Assembly: GCF_006345805.1 (NCBI RefSeq)
Contig: NC_043012.1
Span: 38,998,001 to 39,062,000, forward strand
Direction of reading: 5' to 3'
DNA from: Octopus sinensis
Taxonomy: Eukaryota
DNA: 64,000 nt
Below are positions 38,972-50,414 of this stretch, in pieces; position 1 is the first letter of the stretch, and the number at the start of each line of letters is the position of its first letter. The notes beneath the pieces are model-generated. The model was not told where the DNA came from and searched no databases. It saw only the letters and a program-made list of their open reading frames with translations. Made by a program: the position numbers and the translations under genes.

Positions 38972-39063
38972 TGTGCGTGTGAGTATGTTTTGTGTTTGAC
39001 TCTAAATGTACGTGTATGTGTATGTATATATATACATATATATATATATATTACATTCTTGTA

Positions 39064-39108
<45 letters not shown>

Positions 39109-40340
39109 GTAAATTGCGTGAGTTATTACGTAATATCCATATTATATGTAAGTGTTTAATTATATGTACGTATGTGTATATATATATATGTCCGTATGTA
39201 TGTGTTTGTATATAGCAATATATATGCCTTTATATTTGAACAGGAATATAATTATCAATATTTATTTGTAAATGCTGTTTGATGTATACATAAACCGGGT
39301 CAATATATACATACACTAATATATACGTGCGTGCATATGTTATCTCGTGTGTGAGTGTGTTTATGCAAGTGAGTGTTCGTTTATGTACGCGTGTGTGTTG
39401 TGTGTGTGTTAATCTTGTTAACGAAAATTGTAAACTAAATACAGTAAAATCAAAGATGGAGGGCAAACATGACAGACGCCTTAGCGACGCTCATTTTGAT
39501 AATAATGAGCGTATATAACTATGAAATAATTGATTTGTAAATGTCAGTGTGATATGGGGAGATCTGAAATACAACTCTGACACTGACACTCAGTGACAGA
39601 TAGAATCCATTTTGTTCAATTAATTGCTTTGTAAAGGACATGGCATAATCGAATCCAATATAATAACATAAGGTTATAGTAAAATCATGGCCTTTCACTA
39701 ATCATAACAGAACGTTAACGTTGTCTGGTCTATAGCGGTTTCTCGTTTGAATCACTCACGGTTCTGTATATCGAGGAATTAGGTTCTGATTTTCAATACA
39801 GTGATTTTAATGTGAGCTTTTATAGTTGGGTGTATTTCTGAAAGAAATTATGAAGGGATTAAGGATCTTATCATTTACCAAATAGAAATAAAGAGGGATT
39901 TCATAGATCTAAACACAGTAACAATAATACATATTTGCGTCTCTGTTAGGGTACATAAATATATGAACAATGTCCATACAAGGGTCCAGAAATCTACACA
40001 CCCTCCAGTACAGGTTCAAATTTCTAGTACAACCCACAAAGCCCATTCTCTGCATACACAGACGCAGCCACACACAAACACAAAAATGTATGTTTGTATG
40101 TATAGATGGATGGACGGATGGATGGATGTACTTATGTATGTATGTATGTATGTATGTGTGTGTGTATGTATGTATGTATGTGTATGTGTATGTATACATG
40201 TATGTGTGTATGTATGTATGTATGTGTATGTATGTATGTATGTATGTATGCATGTCCAAGCAGAAAAAATAGTAGTAATAAAAAGTACTGTAAAATTGAA
40301 TTATGGGATTACTTTTACTCAAGTAAATAAGTCATATATA

Positions 40341-40650
40341 TTAATTTGCCAAATAAAATCGTTCTTTGTTTTCTAATTATTTTCATCCTTATTTTTTGAT
40401 CAGTAATCTAGAAAATCAGTCAATAATTCATACGTTGTCCTTCGTTGTTCCTGACTTCTTGCCAGCGTTCCATGAGCTTGTCCTTGCTTTCGGTGTAGAA
40501 ATCCCCGGGTTTTATTTCAAAGAATTCATCGACCCACATTTTCAGTTCCACGTCGTTATTGAAGGAATCGCCTCGCAGGCTGTTGGAGAGCGGCCGACAA
40601 CGGTAATAGTTTGAAGGTGCTATATCAGGAGAATGCAATGCGTGCGGTAC
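40341..40650 (-). pseudogene. Mariner transposase C-terminal fragment with TIR remnant
   Basis: HSPDIAPSNYYRCRPLSNSLRGDSF...WVDEFFEIKPGDFY...KLMERWQEV corresponds to the mariner YSPDLAPSDY...FY..GI..L.ERW region; ends TA-TTAATTTGCCAAATAA. Confidence 0.85.
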
Positions 40651-41275
40651 GATTTCTAATCCAGTTTCTTGAACGGTGACTTTGGTCAGATTTGCCTCGT
40701 CGAAGCGAGAGTTGTCATTTTGATGAAGCTCTCCGTGTCACTGGGAGTTTATCATTTCAGCTGAATTGACCGAGTGAAGGTGCCGGCAGAGCTCTTTTAC
40801 TGAGAATGAGAGCCCTTCTACAGGGCATGGATCTTCGTGGATGGGCTCGTTTAATCGATCCCTGTGGAAGTCAACAAATTGTTCACAAAGGGGACAGATT
40901 TTGAGGTGAAATCTCTCCTCCTTGAAGCTCGAAATCGGTTACTTTGCATATCTCTCTTAAGTAGCACATCTTCCGTACATAGCAGAAAACGTCTCGAATG
41001 GTTTGGGCAGTTCTGGATCCTTCGAAAGCAAAGGGAAGCATATATTGAAAACGCACCTTCTTTTTCTTTTTCTCTTAGGTATTCCATCGTCACATCTCTG
41101 AAAAGACATAAAATTTATTCAAGCTACAAAAACAATTAAAAAAATGTTGTACAGAGAGAATTGAGATACAAATTATCATAAAACACAGCGATAAAAATAT
41201 TTTTCGTGTTAATTCAAATAACATTAAGAACAAGCGAACGAATATTTCTGACAACCGACTATGTATGTGTCTGTG

Positions 41276-41317
<42 letters not shown>

Positions 41318-42494
41318 CATATATACATATATATATATGTATTATGTAATTATGCATGTATATATATATATATACCCATACACACACACACACACATATG
41401 CATGTATGTATATATGTATACACATTTTATATGGCCAATAATTGATTGATATATAATTTAAAATTGCAGTATGAATTGTATCTAATACAGAAAAATCATT
41501 TTAAAAGATGTTGCAGTTTAATGGAGAGACGCCATTAAACCATAGAGAGCGATATCTAAACTAACATATAGGCTGAATATTCAAACATAGTTTCTATTAA
41601 GCTTGGCCTACATTCCACTCTTGTAAACACGTTTATAACGATACTTAATTTTCTAAAGAATTCCGTTGAAATGTTTCTTAATTTTCGAGGTTCTTCGAAA
41701 CCACTTTATTATTAGAAAATAATATGTTCTACATTTTTTGTATATTTCTTTTCTGTTTTTTTTTTTTGCTTGATATTTTTCTTTTTGATTCTCTTTATCA
41801 TTTGCATTTTTCTTTCTTTTTTATTTTTGCATCTCATTTTCGTCAATGTGGTGTTGAGAAACTGAAAACTTTCCTACATCTTGTATTTGCATGAGAAATA
41901 ATTCCCTATGGGTATTTTGCACTCGTGTTAAATCTACATTTAGAAGATGATTTGTGTGTGGCCAGTATTAGTCTCGCACATACGACGATATCTTTATTAA
42001 TAGGTTTGTGAAATGAAGTATATTTTGGCGTAGAATAATTTCAAACACATATAGAATGATCTGTTAGTAAATATTGCTACTTGGAAATTGCTATGATCTC
42101 TGTCAAAGGACATTACTTAGAAAGCAGATGTTTACAAGAGTAAAACATTTATCTTTTCGGGTTGGGAAGGAAAAGCACGCAACAATTAGTTTTAGAAATC
42201 TCTTAGGAAATTAAAACACAGCCACGGTTTCAATACATAGTTAAAGAACTTTGCTTCATATGTTTTACTAATTGATTCTTTACAAGAAGAAACCTCTCTA
42301 TTTCCGTATTATTATCGTCTACAAGCACCCAAGGTACTTGATTACCAGATTATTGTACAGTTCCTTTTAAAGTTACGGAAACATTTAAAAAATTATTTGG
42401 ATGAAACTCAGCGTGCCACGACAATCTTCAAGACCAAGCTTGATGAGGCTACTTCTATTAACACACCTTTTTTTTATAGGCGGAAGGCGTGACA

Positions 42495-42525
42495 TTATCA
42501 TTATTATTATTATTATTATTATTAA

Positions 42526-42595
<70 letters not shown>

Positions 42596-42619
42596 TTATT
42601 ATTATTATTATATTATTAA

Positions 42620-42667
<48 letters not shown>

Positions 42668-42690
42668 CATCATCATCATTATTATTATTG
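42495..42690. repeat. (ATT)n microsatellite
   Basis: Direct inspection. Confidence 0.95.
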
Positions 42691-42825
42691 GGCAGGGAGA
42701 GGTTTAGTCAATTACAGTGATCCTTGTGTTCAATGGGTACTTACTTAATCGATCCCGAAAGAACGTAAGGCAAAGTCGACCGCATTTTGTCTGACGTGCC
42801 AACGCTTCTGCTTGCTGGTTGCCTT
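42690..42825 (-). mobile_element. SINE family A fragment
   Basis: TACTTAATCGATCCCGAAAG...AAGGCAAAGTCGACC. Confidence 0.65.
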
Positions 42826-44070
42826 ATTAATGCCACAAATAATGTTTACCATTTTATTCTATAGACTGTCGTCTTTGGCAAAACTGCGAACAGTTAGATT
42901 TGACCCAGCATACCTATGATCAAATATGCTCCGGCCGTGACCATCTCAAATGTTTTTCTTAAATGATACTGGAATGAGGAGAACTTTCTAAAATCAAATG
43001 TGTCCTCCTTTTTAACATAGTTCAGTATCATTTTAAGGAGAATTTGCTCACCCGTTTCGGCGAGATCGATCGATTTCTAAGATGTGACTTCGCTGTTGTG
43101 TAAGGGGGAGATACTCACATGACCTTGTGTTCCAAAAAGGATACACTGAGTAATGTATTTTCCGATGTGTTTAAGATGTAAGGAATAATAGAAAATAACA
43201 CCACATAGAATGCTACGGGGCTTTCAATGGTTCCCTTGCGATCTCGAATTAATTTGCAAAAATGTTTGTCACTTAGGCATAAAAGTATAGCACCGATTAT
43301 ACGTTTAGTCATTGAGCAATTTCAGGGAGTAAATACCTTAAATAAGCACATTTACATTCCCTGTATCATACTTTATATTCGCTAGCTGGTATTGTAACGT
43401 CCCAGGTTATATATCCCTCTGAAACTATGTATCATTATCTTTGTAAAACTGTTTTTATATCATGGTTCATCTTTTGTCTGTTCCTGATTAATTTCTATAC
43501 TAATCGCAAGAAATGGCTTGGCGGCATTGTATTGTGATCCTAAAAGCATATTTCGTTAACAGCACTTAACGAGACAAAGCGTCACTGAACCGTTTAGATG
43601 TTGTATGGAGTACCTTGGGATTAACATTGCATATTTTAAGTGGATTTTTCTCATTTGTATAATTTACGAAGGCATAAAATCATAACACCGACTACCTGTT
43701 TCATTGCTGTGCTCTCTAAGAATTTAAATAGTTCGCGAAGATTAACTACGTTCATGCGTATCTGTCAACTATATATAACCGATTCAGTGAGTGACAGATA
43801 AATATGAACACAACCAGGGAACAAGGCGATTCTGATATATGACGGGTGTATTTTAATTGATTTGAAGCGATAATAGAAAATTTGATCTCTAATTCTTCGT
43901 TAAGCAGAACTAATCCATTTCTGACATCCATTATCCGGATTGTTATTGCCAAGCGAACCAAAGCTCAATATCTGTTGTCCTGTGTCAGAATGTGTCCGTG
44001 ATAAAACCTTACATCAAATAACCAATAAACTTGCGCAATTCTTCTAACATCTCATGTTGTTGTTCATATA

Positions 44071-44331
44071 CAGGGTGTTCAAAAAGTCTCTCCGCAGTAA
44101 GTATTTCATTGCAAAGCTCTTATTTATAAGATGGTATAAGACTACAAAAGAATATATGAGACTTTACAAGACTTTAAAAAATACTTTATAAGAGGTGTTG
44201 AAAGTGTTGTCCTTCGTTTTCGATACATAAGTTGACTCTTCTACCCATGTTTTGAAATACATCTTGGAGAGTCAGTCTCTTGGAGTCAGGATGAAAAAAA
44301 TTCACTGCGGAGTAACTTTTTGAATACCCTG
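44071..44331. mobile_element. Tc1/mariner MITE, 28-bp TIRs, TA TSD
   Basis: Left CAGGGTGTTCAAAAAGTCTCTCCGCAGT vs reverse complement of right CAGGGTATTCAAAAAGTTACTCCGCAGT (25/28 identical); TA at 44069-70 and 44332-33. Confidence 0.9.
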
Positions 44332-45529
44332 TATTACTGAACTAAACCGCAAATAAAACTAAATTTATCTCGCTTCAAGGATTCTATCGAACCTTTCGCA
44401 GTCATCTGCCCTTGTACATTCTCATCTGTTCTAGTAAGCTGCTTTACGCATCATTATTTCGTCAACAATGAAATATTTCCCTGACTGTTTCTACTACGAG
44501 TAATAAAGCAACTAAACACGCACCAGAAACTAAACCACTTCACTTCTCTACTCTAATATTTCCAATCAGTCTACCAATTCCTTTTCTCAGAAAATATTTC
44601 CATAGTAATATTAGATATCTTATATGACAATTATTACTATTGCTAATGCTGCTATTTAACCCCAGGCCAATGCTAATTGAGGAGATTTATAATCAAAGAT
44701 ATTTTTTCTTTTAAACCTCTACATCTAAAATTATATATTAAGGCAATGATTTGGCTTATATATTCCGCATTTCTATAGACGGTATAGTGATTGCCTTGAT
44801 GCCTTCTCTCTCAGCTAAAGGACTTGGTGCTAAATTTCTTCATCTATATCATATTTCAACTACATTTCAGAAGTATCCATGGCTACTTCTTAATAGACGT
44901 CAAGGTATTTCCAGAACAATTAGTCCTAAGTTTGTTCCGATTCCACAGCTGGTCAATGTGTCGCTAAACGTCCAAAGCATATTTTGTGTCGTAATTATCT
45001 AAAAGGTTTCTATGGCTACTAATGCACTTCCTTTATTTGTAACTTAAATTTTGGTCGGTGCTATGAGTAAATATATCATTTTTGATACATTACTACATAT
45101 CCAAGTGTATTTGTCAAATCTATCATAATATATATCTCTAAATGAGGTCAGCCTTGTCAGATAAATGGTACATATTATCAACATTAAACAATGTGTTAAT
45201 ATCTCTGTCTGTGTGTCTGAGGGATGATGTGTTGGTCGTCAATGACAGATATTGCCGCTATTGTTGTTTAACTTAGGCTGTGTGTTCTGGTTTTCCATTT
45301 ACCATTTACTTTCATTTATGCTGAATATTCAGTATTCATTATTGATTTTGATGAGGTTTATTTATTGTCATGGTTGGTATCTCTGTAGTTAACCCAAGTG
45401 ATACTTCAACTTCTGGCCAGAGTTATGTTTAGTCGATATATTTACTTGCTACAAGTGATATTTCCGTCATGGTTGGTCTATTAGTTTAGTTAACTTAGGA
45501 GTGGTTTCAGAGTTAATTTTTCAGAAGAG

Positions 45530-45705
45530 GCGGCCGAGGGAAGGAGTAAGTTTGCTTCACATCCACATGGTCTCGCATTCAGTCCCAATCTGCGCTACTT
45601 TGGGCAAGTATCTTCTACTATAGCCTTGGGCCGAATAAAGTCTATCGGGGTAGATTTGTTCGACTATAACATTTAACGCACTACTATAGTATGGCCGCAG
45701 TGGAT
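45530..45705 (+). mobile_element. SINE family B, internally deleted (head joined to tail)
   Basis: TTGGGCAAGTATCTTCTACTATAGCCTTGGGCCG runs directly into GGGGTAGATTTGTTCGACT...TATGGCCGCAG. Confidence 0.7.
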
Positions 45706-45954
45706 CTATTTGGTTTTCGCCACTGTTTACAATTTTGTTCCAGTTGTTTTCAAATTTGGTAGATGGATTAAGTTTTGTATACTAATTATGAAAATGAAAA
45801 TAATTTTTATATAAATCCATAATTAAAAAGTTATGATCCTTTAAAATTTGCAAAATTTGGGTATTTTAGCCAATCAGAAGCGAGTATTTTACACATCACC
45901 ATGGCGAAGAACTCTGTTTCCATAGTAATCAAAGATGCTGCGCTTGAGCACAAG

Positions 45955-46560
45955 GAGTGTACCCACAAAACAGCGTGTAATCAACAAATAGAGAGTACCT
46001 GGGCATCTTTAAAGCGTGGAAACAAATGCAGGTGTGGCACACGCCGTTCCATGGTTGACTCAGATGTTTGTGAATTTATGTGGAGAAAAAGATATGAGAA
46101 AGGTAATTTATTTTACAAAATCCTAGAGTGTATAGCAAACCTTTGTTCTTGAATTCCTTTAACTAATAAATGTCTGTCTTAAGCAATGTTTTGACTGTTA
46201 TTTCTAGCAACTTCTGTTGGTTTGCTCGTAGTTTTTAAATATATTAATTTGTTCACGAATGTTTCTCAGTTTTCACTGATTACTTTGTTCGTGTATATCT
46301 TAATGTTTTGATTGTTATTTCTAGCAACTCTTGTTGACTTGTTCGTAGCTTTTAAATATTTGATTTATTCGCGAATGTTTTAATGTTAAATTTGCTCGTG
46401 CATATTTTAATGTTTTGGTTGTTATTTCTAGCAACTCCTGTTCCTTTGTTCATAAGTTTTAAATATTTAATTTGCTCGCGAACGCTTTCACGTTTTCCAG
46501 TTTACTGTTGCTAGTTTAATGTTTTGATATGACGGTGCCCCCCCCCCGCCGATGACGGAA
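45955..46560 (+). mobile_element. Merlin (IS1016/IS1595-like) DNA transposon 3' remnant with ~110-bp internal tandem repeats
   Basis: QQIESTWASLKRGNKCRCGTRRSMVDSDVCEFMWRKRY...FYKILECIA matches the Merlin/ISXO2 C-terminal IEsxW...EFxWR motif; three TTTTG..TGTTATTTCTAGCAAC units near 46190, 46306 and 46413; probable TIR at 46535-46560. Confidence 0.7.
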
Positions 46561-46730
46561 GAAGCAGCGAACCCTCTGTTGCCTGGACGCGCTGAAAATT
46601 CTGAAATCTATCGAACTTTGAACACCTGTGACATTTTTGTAAACTTTTTTCTGGAATAAATAAACTCGGATTCAGCATAAAAATTTTACATCTGTATGAT
46701 ACATTAAATTCTTTTAAAGATAATTGTAAG

Positions 46731-47090
46731 GCACAGGAGCGGCTATGTGGCAAGTAGTTTGCTTACCAACCACATGGTTCCGGGTAAGCAAGCTACTATA
46801 GCCTCGGACCGACCAAAGCCTTGTGAGTGGATTTGGTAGACGGAAACTGAAAGAAGCCCGTCGTATATATGTATATGTATGTGTGTGTTTGTGTGTCTGT
46901 GTTTGTCCCCCTAGCATTGCTTGACAACCCATGCTGGTGTGCTTATGTCCCCGTCACTTAGCGGTTCAGCAAAATAGACCGATAGAATAAATACTAGGCT
47001 TACAAAGAATAAGTCCCGGGGTCGATTTGCTCGACTACTGGCGGTGCTCCAGCATAGCCGCAGTCAAATGACTGAAACAAGTAAAAAAAA
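46731..47090 (+). mobile_element. SINE family B, full length
   Basis: tRNA-like head, body and tail GGCGGTGCTCCAGCATAGCCGCAGTCAAATGACTGAAACAAG; A-rich end. Confidence 0.92.
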
Positions 47091-47796
47091 ACGGTTTTAG
47101 TTATTTAAAGGTTTATCTTCAAGGATTGTTCATTATTGCTAATCTTGTTATTGTAGTTGTGACTGTTGTTTATCGCACTTGTTCCAGTCGTGGCCATACT
47201 GTCTTCTTTCCCAGAACAATATACAATTACTTAATGATTTACCGCTAAGTTTAAAACCGTCGAAAAAAAAAGCGTAATTTGGTTTCTCACAAGAAAAATC
47301 TTTCTTCAACTCATGATTAATTTATCGCTTTTTCCTCCTCTAAAACCTCAAAAGCACAAATGAAGATTTTCGTTTTATTTGAAAACTTAAAGTTCAACCT
47401 TAATTGTTGCTATCTCAAATACCCGGTTTTCCTGTCGTACCTCCAATTCTCTTGTGTCTGACAATGAAGTTTTTGAGTAGATAATGCTGCTTTGCTTTAT
47501 GTTTCGCTTGCAGATTTTCTTTGTAAATGTAAAATTTCCAATCAGAAGCAATGGAATGTTGTATATGTATTTATTCTTCTTTTAGCAATCTTAATTCCTT
47601 GCTTTGCACGTGAAATTCCATTAGGAAACACATTAGCACCACGTGTAAGGAATGGGTTGGCGAGGATGTGGGGGCTATAATCGGCTGTTTAACTGTAAAG
47701 GGGGATTACAGTCACAATTAACTTCTAGAAACACCAGCCGGATTCTCCCTCTAATTACGGCTTAGAGACTTAAAAATTGACATATAAGGTGATGAA

Positions 47797-47831
<35 letters not shown>

Positions 47832-47855
47832 TACATACATACATACATACATACA

Positions 47856-47889
<34 letters not shown>

Positions 47890-48512
47890 CACACACACAC
47901 ACGCAAACACATACACACGCAGAGTCTAAAGGCGTTTCATTCTGGATCTCCATTATGATCTTAGACTAACCATTACGATCCAGTATGCGAGCCTCTTCAT
48001 AGTTGCTAGGTCTGCTAGAAATAACAACCACATTCTCTCAAATCCCATTCTACTATTATATATAAAGATGTTTCATGTTAGACAATAACATTCTATATAG
48101 TTCTAGAATAACGGGATGGTCACAATGGGAATAGCCATGATCATAGGGCTTCCAGTGAAGAATTACGAGCAGCTAAACAACAATACACTGCTTAATATAG
48201 ATCACTGGCTAAATATTATATGACCCTCAATTGTCATATAAACCCGGGGTCTACATGACCCCTAGGGGACCATATAAGGTTTTGTTATTAAAATTACGTG
48301 AAATAAATAACTTATACTTTTACAATAGTACACATAATATTTTAACAATTTTTAAAATAAAATTTATCATGATATTTAATTATAAAAATACGATTGGATG
48401 TTTTAAATACGAATGGTTATGATAGTCCAGCCGAGGAAAATATGAATTAGAAGGCTTTATAGAGTTCTATATTTAAAAGATGAGGAATTCTGTACATTAT
48501 TTACATTAATTT

Positions 48513-48651
48513 CATTATTTAGATTCGACGGATATTTGTCCTCATCTTGTTTGTTGTTGACACAACGCTTCAGCTGATATACCCTCCAGCCTTCATCAGG
48601 TGTCTTAGGGAAATTTCGAACCTGGGTTCTCATTCCTAAGGTATTTTTCGA

Positions 48652-48700
<49 letters not shown>

Positions 48701-48776
48701 TGTGTTCAGGTCACTGCTTGGAATCGAATTCGAAACTTGGAGTTAGTACTACAACAACAACAACAACAACAACAAC

Positions 48777-48822
<46 letters not shown>

Positions 48823-49014
48823 TAATAATAATAATAATAATAATAATAGTAATAATAATAATAATAATAATAATATCGAAAAATACCTTAGGAATGAGAA
48901 CCCAGGTTCGAAATTTCCTTAAGACACCTGATGAAGGCCGGAGGGTATATCAGCCGAAACGTTGTGTTAACAACAAACAAGATGAGGACAAATATCCGTT
49001 GAATGTAAATAATG
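48513..49014. mobile_element. Inverted pair of hammerhead-bearing repeats (family H3) around an (AAT)n/(CAA)n spacer
   Basis: 48513-48652 is the reverse complement of 48875-49014 with scattered mismatches; B-box-like GAATTCGATTCC on the minus strand at 48720-48731. Confidence 0.85.
48923..48968 (+). ncRNA. Putative minimal type I hammerhead ribozyme (canonical CUGAUGA core, extra A after A9, GUU site after 48963); mutated mirror copy at 48559-48604 (-)
   Basis: Stem I GACAC/GTGTT; CTGATGA 48928-34; A; stem II GGCCG/CAGCC (GGCTG in the mirror copy); GAAA 48956-59; palindromic ACGT stem III. Confidence 0.7.
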
Positions 49015-50293
49015 TAAATAAGGGTTTATAGGTTTTAAAAATTTGATAACGAAGGTTGATAACAAATGACGTAGATAGTTATTGCAAACAGTATCCCAAA
49101 TTCCCCTAAATTATGGCATGCCCTTCAAGGTGCTTAACGTTAGCTCCTCATTTAGATAACGACTGCTTGTTGTCAATATTTGTACTTTTTCTTTCACCAC
49201 TTTCTAAACTGAACCATTTACGATTCTCTTTCAGACGTCTCACGGCTACTTTAAGCCTGGTCGATACTTTTGATTCTCAGAATCGATATTATCGATATTA
49301 TCAAAGCACAGTTGAATTTTGTACTTGTATAAACCCTCTGAAGCTGGTTTACTCTGAATACATTATCCTTCGTAGAGAAACCTCTTCAAAAGCGGGATTG
49401 ATCTAGTGATGTTGGGCATGTAGAGATTTGTAATATTCTTTTCAGGATGATATGCGACAAAGCTTCCATATGCACCTTAGTTGTGTTTGTTCTATAAATA
49501 TTTCAATGGCTGTTTTTTTGATGAACTTTCTGATCTAGTACCCTCTGTACAGACATTTAAACGTGTCACCCGCTTCTTTTCCTAGGAGCACCGTTTCTCG
49601 GTTATGCTTCCTGTAACTCATAAGTCATTTTATTCTAATATTTTCTTTCTTCAAACTGTTGCACGTACCACCGTCGTCTTCTTTCCTTCTAATCTATGAT
49701 ATTCAGTCATTTAAGCTTCCTGCCAATCGACATCTTTTCAATTTGCGGGCTTCTTCTTTCCCTTTTTTACCGTCCCTAAAACTATTACACCCTCAAACTT
49801 TGTTCGGAACAAAATCGTAAAAAAGAAAAATAAAGAAACCATCTGATTGATCTGTTGTTGCTAATATCGGTATGATTTTGGCAACCCTCAAGAGTTTCGT
49901 TATGTCTGAGATATTTGTTAATCAGTTGAGTGAAGATTTTGATCACGGAATCGCTACCATATTTGCAGATCCTGTCTTATATGATCTCTATGTCAAGTTC
50001 CTTAAAATGGTTCAGTCAGTTGATTTAAACATCGTTTTCGAGTCAGAGATAACATGGTGTTGATCGTCAGTTAATTGGTTGATCGAACAATTCATGAAGC
50101 AATCGATTATTTAATTGGCTAATTAGTTGACTAATAACAAGTGAAGCAACAGACTGGTAAATTATAACCAGAGCACGTGTTTTCTATTCGAAAACTGACC
50201 CACCCACGATTAAAACAGCATCTGATTAGTCGTAATATTTCTAATCAAGAAACTAAACTAAAAACTTAAGCTTCCACATTCGTATTTCTATTC

Positions 50294-50414
<121 letters not shown>

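Noticed and set aside
40660-41140. GC-richer segment with 80-91 aa ORFs
   Set aside because: No recognisable motif; possibly an unclassified TE fragment.
49113-50063. 97-aa and 63-aa ORFs with acceptor-like sites upstream of the Tx1 element
   Set aside because: No recognisable homology, and they lie outside the TSD, so they are not the element's ORF1 or endonuclease.
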